A stretch of 64,000 nt of DNA from Blastocladiella emersonii ATCC 22665 (taxonomy: Eukaryota; Fungi; Blastocladiomycota). The DNA is taken from assembly GCA_025594325.1 (NCBI GenBank), contig JANHCV010000007.1, positions 1,054,001 to 1,118,000 of the forward strand, written 5' to 3'. How positions within the stretch are numbered: the first letter of the stretch is position 1; every line of letters starts with the position of its first letter. Position numbers and translations under genes: made by a program. Positions 1-10,775 of the stretch are shown here, one piece after another. The notes under the pieces were generated by a model. The model was not told where the DNA came from. It saw nothing but the letters and a program-made list of their open reading frames with translations, and ran no database searches.

Positions 1-38
1 TTGCTGTTGGGTTTCACCCCAAAAACGACCTGCGTGGC

Positions 39-1779
39 ATGGCGCCGTACCTCGGCGTGATGCCGCGCGAGCGCATCTCAAACGTGACCCGCGCCGTGCG
101 GCGGAAATGCCCGAGCCTCAACATCGTCGATGCGACGCTGAGCGGCAACGCGAATCTCCTTGAAGTGTTGCGCGACCACGGCAGAGCTGTCTTGCAGATT
201 GGCCACGGCGACGTGCACGAGGCCTTGAATCGCGGCTTCGACGACGTCGTCGCTTTTTGGCGCGCAAACAAGTCGGCCGTTGCACTTCCCCCCACTGCGC
301 ACGAACGGCTGCTGGTCGCACTTGATGTAGTGCAAGACGCTCCCTTTCCAGGCAACGGAATGGCGCCAGGCGACGCAGCCATTCTCGAACTCGCCGACAG
401 TATTGCTGAGGGCAGCGCAGCCATCGTCAACATGCGGCAAAAAGCGAATCACCCTCGACGGCATCGCCGTGCTCAACCGCGCCTTCGCCTCGCCCAAGCA
501 GCGCGTGCTTTACGTCTCGCTCCTCTGTTGCGACCTCGACGTGGCGCGGGTGCGCGCGCTGCGCCTCCCACCGACGGTGCAACGGCTTGACTTGTCGGGC
601 AACCGGATCGCGCAGTTCGAGCAGGTCTTGTCCGTTCTGCCCGCTTCGCTCACCGAGCTGGGCATGCGCTCGGCTGGGATCACGTCCGTCGCGATCGGCG
701 AGCACACGACGCAGTTCCCGCCCGCCCTGAAAGCTCTCACACTAGCGTACAACCCGCTTGACGTCCAGCTGGCGGCTGCGCTCATGGACTGCCTCCCCGA
801 GTCGTTCGAATGCCTCGACCTTGCAGGCTCATCCCACAAGAACACGCTTGCAACGCGCGCAGTCTTTGCCCGCCTTCCCGCAGGGCTCGTTTCCTTCAAG
901 TACGAGATCAATGCGTTTTCGCTCGAGGCCGCCGAGGCGCTCGCGCTTCGCCTCACCTGTCTCCGAGGCCTGCGCACGCTGCAGCTCCACAACTGCGACA
1001 TGTTGCCCGCGAGGGCCGCCGTGGTGATTGCTGCGCTTCCCGACACGCTGGCGGAGCTGAACCTGAACGGCAACCTGGTCCACCCGCACGGCGCGTCGAG
1101 CGCGCTGGCCAGTCGCCAGTTGCCGCAGCTGACCAACCTGCAACTCGCTTCAACCCGCATGGGCGCTGCCGACTTGGAGGACCTTGCGCGTGGCATTCCC
1201 GCGACGCTCACCGATCTTGATCTCAGCGGAGATCACCCTGGTATCGCCGCTGTGCTAGACTGCTTCGTGGCGCAGGTCGCGTCGACAGCCCAGCACCTCG
1301 AAAGCCTCATGCTGCTGGGTTCTGACCTGACCGAGCTTGACGCAGTTCACTTCGCGCGCGCTCTCCCTGCCTCGATGAAGCGCATGATGCTCCACCGCGC
1401 CATCTTTGCGCCGGACGGACTCGCTTTGATGTTGCAGAACATGCCCGAAACCAACATGATCAACTTATGCTTGGGCGAAGTGACGCTGAGCCGCTCCGAC
1501 ATGGACGCGCTCGCGTCGTGGGCTCGGCGCACACCTTCGCTGCAGATTCTCGACTTGACGCGATGCGGCGTCAACAACGAGGGAATGGCAGAGCTGATCC
1601 CCGCTTTGCCCGCAGCCATGTGGATCTTGCGCATTGACGACAACCCGATCGAAGACGCGGTCGTTGATGTGTTCAAGGCGAACCGCATGCCGCGGTTGCG
1701 CACGCTTTCGGTCACGGTGAAGGGGACACGGATCAGCCCCGAAGGGCAAGCTCGGCTCAAGTCCATCTTGGGTAGCTGA
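39..1779 (+). pseudogene. RNI-like leucine-rich-repeat protein with one +1 frameshift (about 579 aa if corrected)
   Basis: ORF 403-1779 has repeated LxxLxLxxN units (VQRLDLSGNRI, LKALTLAYNPL, LRTLQLHNCDM, LAELNLNGNLV, LQILDLTRCGV). ORF 39-590 joins it if one A is removed from the A5 run at 439-443 (ATG CGG CAA AAG CGA ATC ACC = MRQKRIT). No GT-AG intron explains the junction. Confidence 0.8.
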
Positions 1780-2299
1780 CCAGCGGCGAGCACACTCGCT
1801 CAATAGACGCGCCACGATTTGTGTTGATTTCTACAACGAATAGAATCTGGTGAAACGTCGAAAGTTCTATCGTTGCAACAATCGTGGATCGTCCCGCGAG
1901 AACGGGCCGTGGGCAAGACGACCACGAGGTCTGCGCTCATTTACACGTGAGTGGCGCGGCGCGTCTGATCCCCGCCCGCCTATTGCTGGGCGTGATCGAG
2001 TTGAAACGAGATGCGAGATTGCGGTGGCAATATTGCTCAGATAGAGTGCAGCGAGTCGCTTCTGGTCCGCCGTGAGGTGAAAGCCGAGGACGACAAAGTA
2101 GCAGGTCCTGGAAGCGGGCGGTTGCGCTGAGGGTCCGAGCGCGCAGCGTTTCTGGCTCTACCTTCTCGATCGGAGCGACGGCCCCGCCCGCCTCGGCAAG
2201 AGCAAACCATGAGCTGGGACTAACCCACGACGGAGCCGCCGCACACCCAACGCAAACTGGTCATGAGCAAAGGAACTTTGCACGAGGTTCGCTCGCTCG

Positions 2300-5200
2300 G
2301 CAGAACCTGGAAGCACACGTATACGTTCCGGGAACACGGCCACGCCACGCGTACCAGCCCCCGAGTCACTTGTTGCTAGAGACGCGGCACACGTCGAGCT
2401 CAACCTTCTCCGCGAGGAAGAAATTACGCGGGCGGGCGAGCGGAAACATGACGCGGACGCACGCGATGATGGCCTTGACCCCAACAGCCATGGAAACCTC
2501 GAGGACGGGCGTGTGGTTGAGAGTAAGCGGTCAATACACGTACAGTGAACTACTGGTGTAGTGCAGCGAGTGAGCGAGCGAGCCGTGAGTGATCATCATC
2601 ATCAGTGGAGTAGAGAGAAGTTGCGGCGACCGACTAGGACGACACGTTCCATGTTAGACAATGACCTGCGCCGCCGCCGGGGACACGACCACGACGACGA
2701 CGACTTGGACTTGAGCGTGCGGGCGCGTAGGCTCGAGGATGAGAGTCATTGGTTTGTGTCGCGCGCTCCGAGCTCGATCATGTCGCGCGCGGGTCATGAG
2801 CCATAGTCGATGCCCTACGCGGCCATGGCCACGGCGCGAGGCCACGGACTCGTGCTGCTGGGCTGGACGATGGCGAACGCGAAGCGTGGCGAAGCGTCGA
2901 GGTTGCCGAAGCAGCAGATGGGCGAGGACGAGGATGATGATCCGGACACGCTTGAGGAGGAGCGACGGTGGCGATACGATCAATCAGCAGCCCGTGTTGG
3001 TCGAGGCGAGCAGCGCCTACTCGGAGAAACGAAGTTCGCGCGCGTCAGTCCGCCGTATTCGCAATCACTACGCGCAGCGTAGATGGAGCGTACCGTCACA
3101 GAACAGATCGTCGTCGTGCAGCACCGCTGGTCGCGGCGGCGGCGTCGAGGATGAAAACGAGTACGCGCGCGGAGGAAGAAGAACTCGAAGACGGTCAAGT
3201 CGGCTACACAGCGGATGCAGTCGCGCGGCTCGGTCAGTATGAGCCGCCGTGCGGATGGTCCCGTCTCGTCTCGGCCACGTGGACCGATATCATCTAGTTG
3301 TCGTGTGACCCGATGCGCACGCGGTTCTCGTCGTAGAGCTTGACCTCGGCTTGGTCAACGCGTACATGACTCGGAGCGGTGGTGGGGATGCAGCCGAGAA
3401 CGTCCGCGTACGTATACGGGGCGAACAGCTGGCTGCGGACGAGCGAGGAACGACGCGGTAGCTCGTCGTTACGCGGTACGCGCGCGTACAAAACACGAGT
3501 CGGGTCGTCGATGCGAGCGAGGCGAAGTAGCGCGACTTCCATCTACTACTGGTCGCGGAGAACAGATGTCAGCGATCACGGACTCGCGCGCAAAGATGTG
3601 ATCAGCGGCGGACGGGAACAAGGCAATGTCGGCGGGGCGCGATGATGATGTTGACCTAGTTCGATTTGTCGTGGCGCTGGCCGAGGTGAGATCACGACGC
3701 TGACGCAAACGCGATGGCCATCGGACATGGTGGCAGCGGGAGCGTTTGCAAGCGTGTAGTCGGACGGTCTAGAGTTCTCGATCCAGTCGCACACGATGAG
3801 TTTCTAGAGCAGCGCGACGAGCGAGCAAGTGGTGAGTGATCGGCCGTGTCCACGCGGGTGAGGGATCCAGAGCGACACGTCCCAGGTTAACGATAACCTA
3901 CGACCCCGCCGCGTGACGCTCGCCGTCAACTTGACCTGGTGGTGGTTAGCGTCGCGTCGTGTCACGCCGTGTCGTGGCTGGCCGGAGCTTGGTGGTCGTT
4001 GACTGACGGGGACGGCCACCGCGCGCGCGCAGTGTTGTGGCAGAAGCCGAGTCGTAGTCGTTGAGAGCACCGTGCTGAGCGAGCGAGCTCGGCCGAGGAC
4101 TGCGGTCGATGATCGAGATGGTGGCGGCGGCCGTTGCAGTTCTGGAGCGACCGACCGTCGAGGCGCCCCGCAGCTTACTTGAAGTCGTCGATGCGGGGGA
4201 AGTAAAGCCTCGACATCGAGAAGTACGTGAGGTCGGCGCGTGTAGTGTCGTCGGGTCGGTAGTTGTTCTAGTGTCAAGCGGCGATGCGCCATGATTATGC
4301 GGACAGCGGCGGGCCCATTCTCGTACCGGATGATGACACTCGCTCGCTTGCCATGGACTCGGCACGCGCGTGAGCTCAGGGACGGACGAGGATGATGGTC
4401 ATCGGCTTGGACAGCTGCTGCTCCTTGCTGAACGCCTTGCGGCCCGAGCGAGTCATCATGATGGCTGTGCCGTGACCGTGGCCGCGCGCTGGATCTGGAT
4501 CAGCGAACGAGCGAGCGAACCAGCGTGTGCGTGTCAAGCTTCTTGATGAGCGCGAGCTTCTTAACGAGTGTGAGCTGGCCCACGCCCGATGCTGCCGCTG
4601 TCCTTGAACGCACGCGTACCGGTGCTTCATCGTTGTGTGTTGCTGTGGAGCGCCAGTCGCTTGAATCAAATGGCACGGCACGGCGAGAATCTGGGGAAAT
4701 GCAGCAACTTCAAGATGTCAGTGATCGATAATCGGTGGTACTTTTGAGGCGACCGACACGAAACGTCACGTACCAGCCATGCAGGGCGATGTACGCCGCC
4801 CGCCCACGGACTTGGACTCGCGCTGTACAGTCGGCCGAGCGTCGAGCCGCGCACGTTGAACGTGAGCGTTGGACGCGAGCGTGGCCGACTTGACGTGTCA
4901 TCGTAGCATGTTGCAGTGGTCATGAGTGAGCAATGAGTGCATGGACGACCACGAGCGAGGCCAAGGGCACGTACCTCCGCCGTGCTTGAGGCGAAGAGTT
5001 GGGAAGAAGCGACGAGGGTGCTGCGATAGGGAACGAGCGAGACGGGGAACAGTTGATGGTCGCGGAGCAACTCACCGCAGCCGCCAGGACGGCCGAGTGC
5101 GAGCTTGAAGTCGTCGTTGCTACGCGAAAGCCGCCGGCCCAGGTCGGTTACGAGCTCGTATGACGTATCTCGTAAACACGCACGCGTACCGTAAATGAGC

Positions 5201-7976
5201 CGCTGCTGCTGCCGCGCTTCTGGAACGCGATCCATGGCGATCTTGACCTGTATCTCGGCGTACAGCTCACCGCCGACGCGCAACGCGTATCCAGGGAGTG
5301 CGACTAGGCCATGGCCATAGCCACGTACCGGTTGACTCGAGGAGAAAGAGGAGGAGTACAGGTGCCTGCCTACAACGACGCGCGTCGTGTCAGCAGACCT
5401 CGCGAAGCGTGTCCTTGGCGTACCGGATGCAGCAGAGGCGCGTGGCGAGCAGCTGGCCGCAATCAATCAGGCGAAAGACGACGCGACAGCTTGTTGTTGG
5501 ACGCGGTACTGCGCGCGAACACGAGTCTGTTCGATGATGCGAGCGAGGAGAAGTCGCGCGGCTGCCATCTACCAGTCGCGGAGAACACATATCAGCGATC
5601 CCGGACTTGCGCGCACGGGTGTGATCGGAAGAAGGAAGAAGGCGCCACGTTCCAGGTCCGCTGCTCGAGTTCTGCTGAGTGTCGGTCGACTTGTTGATGC
5701 CGTAGGTCGTTGTTGTCGTCTCGTGGATCGTGATGAGCTCGCAGTCGGTCCCGTCGTTCATCTCGATCTCGCGTAGTTCGTGGCCGTCGCCTCTGCTGCG
5801 CGAAGCCGAGGTTGCTGACGATCACCGAGTCGTCGTAGCCCTTCTTGAGCTCGCGGCCGAGATGCGTGCCCGAGTGCATGCCGTAGGTGTTGGAGTTGTC
5901 GTAGCTGTCATCGTCGCGCGCCAACGGAGCCCCGGCCGTGCTCCGTTCGGGAGATTCCAGCCCTCTAGGCTCGAGCGACGCGTCAGTTTCCCGTGTCAGT
6001 TTCCCGTGACGACGCGGCGGCAGGAGATCGGTAGCGTACCTTTGGTGTAGTACGACCGCCAAGTTGGCGCGGCGGCGGCGGCGGCGGACACGAACACGGC
6101 AATGTTGGCGGGGCGCGGATGATGATGATCTGGATCGACTAGGAGCGCTGAAGAAGGGTGGCGGTATCACGATGCGGAAGCACGCGATGGGCCTCGGACA
6201 TGGCGGCGGCAGCGGAAGCGTTCGCCGCGAGAGAGTGGTCAGTCAGGCTGTCGCGCGAATACTTGGTCGAGGCCCACACGATGAACTTCTTGCGCAAAGC
6301 GCAGGGCGAGCGAGCAGTGTGTGAGTGATCGGCCATGTTCGCACGAGTGAGAGATCCAGCGCGCCACGTCCCAGGTTGACTTTGACTTCCGACCCCGCCG
6401 CGTGACGCTCGCCGACGACTTGAGCTGGTCATTCGCGTCGCGTCGCGGCGCGTCGCGTCATGTTGTGGCTGGCTGGAGCTTGGTGGTCGACGCGCGCGTG
6501 GTGTTGTCGCGGAAGTCGCAGAAGTCGATGAAGTCGATGAAGTCGACTCGTAGAAGCCGAGGCGCTGTTGTTGAGAGCACCAAGCACCGTGTTGAGCGTG
6601 GGCTTGGCCATGGACCGCAGTTGATGATCGAGATGGTGGCGGCGGTCGTTGCAGTCCTGGAACGACTGACGTCGAGGCGCCCTGCCGCTTGAAGTAGTCG
6701 AAGAAGCGGAAGTTGAGCTTCGACCACGACGGCGACGAGTACCTGAGGCTCAGCTCGGCCCGGCTCGACCCGCCGCCGCGCGTAGTGGTGGTCGGGTAGA
6801 AGTCGTGGTGTTGTACTCGCCCTAGCTCCAAGCGACGCGTCAGTCACGATTCCGTGAATGGCAGCAAGCGCTTTGCGCGCACCATACGCTAGCCCTAGGC
6901 TCGGCATGAACTCGGTACGCGTGGTCTCGGGGAGGAATGACAATGGCCAGCTTGAATTGCTGCTCCTTCCTGGACGACCCGTGGCCCGAGCGGGTCATCA
7001 TAACCACGACCACGACCATGGCCGCGTGCTGGATCCCGAACAGCGAGCGAGTCCTCGAACCAGTGTGTGCGTGTCGAGCTTCTTGATGAACGCGAGCCGG
7101 CCCACGCCCGATGCTGCCGCCCTTGAACGCGCGCGTGCTGGTTATCGGGTCGACGTGTGTTGCTGAGGAGCACGAGTCGCCGGAATCGAGAGTCACGGCA
7201 AGGATCTGGACAAGAAACGTAGCAACAGAAAGATGTGAGTGGTCATCGGTGATACTTTTCGTGGACGACCAATGACGAAGCGACGACACGTACCATCCCT
7301 GCAGGGCAATGTACGCCGCCCGCCGTCTTGGACTTGCGCGCCGCGCTGCGCGGTCGGTCAAGCGTTGAGCGTCATGCCGTACGTTGAACGTGAGCGTCGT
7401 GCGTCGAGCGCGGCCGACTTGAGGCGTTGTTGTAGCGTGCTGCCGTAGTAGTCGAGCGACTCGGTCCCTCGAACTTGAGTGCACAACCCCCCGCCGCGGG
7501 CAACCGCGCAACGGGTTACTACAAGATCGGACGTGAGTGAGCAATGAGGGCATGGCGACCACTACGAGACCATTAAAACTCGTACCGTCGCTCTGCTTGA
7601 GGCAACGGTCGAGAGGAAGCGGCCTTGCTGCGAGAACTGGGCGAGAAACACGAGGAGCAGTTAATGGTCGCGGAACAGCCCGCGGCCGTTGCCGCGGCCA
7701 GTACGCCCGAGTGCGAGCTTGAAGTTGTCGCTGCTACGCGGAAGCCGCCAACCCAGGTCAGTGACAAGCCGAGCGATGGCTGCCGTGAAAACGCGCGTAC
7801 CGTCGCTGAGTCGTTGCTGCTGCATCGGGATCCACGCGATCCACGTCGAACTTGACCTGCAGCTTGACGCATCGATCACCGACGGCGACGCGTTTCGATG
7901 AGAGCGCCACGCGTCGGAGCACGTACCAGCCGGACATTGAGGAGGAGGGGCGTGGATGCCTGCCTGGAACGACCGT
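2300..7976 (-). pseudogene. Decayed multi-exon gene array of unknown family, with internal duplications
   Basis: Matching segments seen by eye: 3500-3620 ~ 5520-5640, 3805-4300 ~ 6295-6800, 4480-5250 ~ 7020-7870. Minus-strand intron signals recur (plus-strand ACGTAC donors, GTGAGTGATC/GTGAGCAATG branch sites). Short coding-like stretches (GRAAYIAL[HQ]GW, LVTDLG.RL.RS.D.FKLALGR) are broken by stops and frameshifts. Confidence 0.6.
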
Positions 7977-8299
7977 CGCAAAACCTGCAGCAGCGGTTCG
8001 GGGCCCGATCGCGGCCGGATCGCGGCCAGAAAGCAGCATCTGGGCCGGATCTGTGATATTATCCTGATGCGGACCGGATCTGGCTCAGACGCCGCGCGGG
8101 CGGCGCGAGCGGGGTCGGGGCAGCGTTGGGGCAGCGTTGGGGCGGTATCCGGCCCAGATCCGGCCCTGATCGAGCCGTGATCCTGCCCTGATCTCGCCCA
8201 GGTCCGGGGCAGAGGCTGCCGTGATGCCGCCGCGAAGTGCGCACCGATCGTGTCACGATCCCGCTCGCATCGTGGCCGGATCCGGGCACACGTCGCAGT

Positions 8300-8396
8300 C
8301 AGATCCTGGCCGTATCGTCGCCAGATCCGGGCCATGTCGCGCTCAGATCCTGGCCGTATCGTCGCCGGATCCGGGCCATGTCGCGCTCAGATCCTG
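8300..8396 (+). repeat. 44-bp tandem repeat (2 copies plus a partial third) in the left subterminal region
   Basis: Units beginning CAGATCCTGGCCGTATCGTCGCC[AG]GATCCGGGCCATGTCGCGCT at 8300 and 8344, with a partial copy at 8388. Confidence 0.9.
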
Positions 8397-8553
8397 ACCC
8401 AGTCGGGGAGTCATCCGCATAGCATTCGGGTATATATATATACAATATCATCATATCGGAACACGCTTGGGCGGCCGGCCGGCCGGCCTGCCCGCCCGCT
8501 CGCCCGCCCCCACCCCACGGTCAACAGCGTGTGCGCGCGCGCGCGCCCTTGGC

Positions 8554-10339
8554 CTACTTCTTGGCCTTGGTCTTCGTTCTGCGCGGCATCGAGATGGCGA
8601 GCGCCGCGAGCGTCGCCGCGCGCTTGGCGCTGGGCTTGCGCACGCGCGTCGACTTGGCCCGCGTCGCGGGTGGCGCGTTCTTGACGTTATTGGTTGGGTC
8701 CGTCTCCTGCGTGACTTGAGCATCGGACCACGCTGACTCGTTGTCCTCGGCGCGCTCGTCGTCCTCGATGACGCCACCCTTGGACGCCGCCGACTGGCGC
8801 AGCTTGGCCTCGGTCTGGCCGTCGACCACGCCCGCTGGATCTTGAGCAGCAGCCGCAGCATCGACGGCCGCGGCCGGCGAGGTGAGCCCGTGTGCCGCGC
8901 CGACTTGGGGCTCAACCATGGACCTGCTGGTCGATGTTGCACCAGCATCGACACCTGCAGCAGTGGAGCGATGGGCTGGGAGGTGGGAGCGATGGCATGA
9001 GCGTCAGCGTTGGTCACTCGGACGCGGAGACAGCAGCGAAGGGAAGGGAGCATACGACGAGGCCGCTGCTGCAGTGGCGGAGGTGGTGATGGCCGAGGTG
9101 GTGGCGGGGTCGGCAAACGTGGACGACGAAGGGGACTGGCGTCGCTCTCGCCGCCCTCGTCATCGAGAGAGGGGTGGGAGAGCGGGAGCGGGAGCGGGGA
9201 CGAGGGGAAGGGCGCGGTTGTAGTCTCAACAGGCACGAGCGAGGGCGCGCCAGTGGCGAGTGGGATTGTGGCTGAGGTCGAGGCCAACATGGTGAGCGAC
9301 GCCAGGCCGCTACCGTTGCCGCTGCGCGCGAGCAGCTCAAAGATACCGGGGTCGAGGCCGTTGTGGGCAGCAAGGTGAAGAGGCGACGCCGGGTTGCTGG
9401 GGTTGATGAGCATCGACGACGTGTTGCCCGACGGCATCTCGACCGCGTAGCCCGAGTCGGAGAAGGGCACGGCGCCAGCGGGTACCGATGACAAGGCCGA
9501 GGCCGCTGCTGGTGCCCCGGCGATGGCGAGGCCAGACGCGGGCGTGGCGGTGCTCGGCGGCGGGGCAGTGAACCACGCGAAGCCCGTACCGTACCCACGT
9601 CGGGCACACGTCTCGCGGAACAGCACCGAGAAGCCGGTCACCTTCTCGGTAAAGTCGGGTTCCGCCACGACCTTGCAGAGCTTGGTGAGGTTGGATTGCT
9701 GGTCCGACTGGTTGCGGAAGTCACCCCACCCCTTCGCGGGCGACAGGGCCGAGCCCAGCTAGGCAGCGCGCGCGCGCAGGGGTGAGCAGGCTGCAGAAAG
9801 AAAGCGGCGGTGATGGCGGAGGCGCAACGTACCACGGCGAGAAGTAGAGCGAGGAAGCACTGGGCGCAGTTGACCTTGAGCACGGCCCCGTCCAGTTCCT
9901 GCAGCACCAGCACAGCGATGGATCCAAAGGATACATTCGCTATGAGGGCAAGGTCGGAGGGGGAGGGGAGGGGCGAATGAGGGGTACAAGTCGTGTCGAG
10001 GGATGGGCAGATGCACGCAACATACAGTTCACGGACGACAGGAGGACGCCGTCGAGCAGCACCTCAAGGATCGTGTTCGGGTTGCCGGCCGCGTCGAAGA
10101 GCACGTTGTTGGTCCACGCAGGCTCGAGGACGCCCATGTTGCCGGCCTTGGCGGCCTTGAAGGCGGCGTGCGCCGTGTCCCAGGTCCCTGAGGCGATCGA
10201 GGCGTTGTTGACCAGCTTCTGCTTGATGAACTTGAGGACCAGCGTGAAGAGGTTGGAGCTCGTCCGCCGTCGTGTCGAGCGGCAACACGGCAGGCGCCGA
10301 GCCGGACAACGGGCTGGGTGCGGGTTGGTGCGACGCCAT
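8554..10339 (-). CDS. Element-borne accessory gene of unknown function, multi-exon, with apparent frameshifts
   Basis: ATG at 10339 (MASHQPAP...). A +1 slip near 10255 enters the frame NLFTLVLKFIKQKLVNN...LLSSVN. Introns 10025-9940 (GTATGT..CATAG) and 9832-9759 (GTACGT..CCTAG) splice in frame into ORF 8451-9668. A basic C-terminal piece (ORF 8554-8919, ending RRTKTKAKK) lies in another frame. Confidence 0.6.
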
Positions 10340-10586
10340 GACGGGCGACGCTCGGGACGCGAGATGGCGGTGACGGTGGCGGTGGAGGGCGGGTGGGTCG
10401 GATGCCAGCAGGTCGAGGGTGGCGGGTGTCTTGTGGGAGCGGAAGCGACCGAGGCCGAGCAGGCGCAAAGTCAAGAGAGGGGAGGGAGAGCGGGAGCGGG
10501 AGCGGGCGGGGCGGGGCGAGGGGGCGCCCCCTCTTCGCCTGCCTCTTCGCCGCCGCTGTGCAGCAGGCTGTGCAGCACGCCGCCGA

Positions 10587-10642
10587 ACGCGCAAACGCGC
10601 CAACGCGCCAACGCGCCAACGCGCCAACGCGCCAATCACGTG
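10587..10642 (+). promoter_or_regulatory. Tandem ACGCGCCA x5 array (plus one degenerate unit) ending in CCAAT and CACGTG, in a bidirectional promoter
   Basis: Perfect units at 10595, 10603, 10611, 10619 and 10627; CCAAT at 10632-10636; CACGTG at 10637-10642. It lies between divergent ATGs at 10339 (-) and 10776 (+). The regulatory role is inferred. Confidence 0.55.
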
Positions 10643-10775
10643 CTCGGCGCGTCGCTGCCTCGCCGCCGCGCCGCAATCTCTCCCGCGCGCGCGCACGCCA
10701 ACGCTGGGCCGCCCACGCCCAAACTAGTTCCCATGTAACTGCCCGCAACTCGACCCGTCCACCCGTCCATCCATC

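Noticed and set aside
2480-2530. HTPVLEVS peptide in the decayed array resembling HTPVLEIS of DUF4470-like gene A
   Set aside because: It is a single short match with no flanking similarity that I could see, which is insufficient to claim homology.
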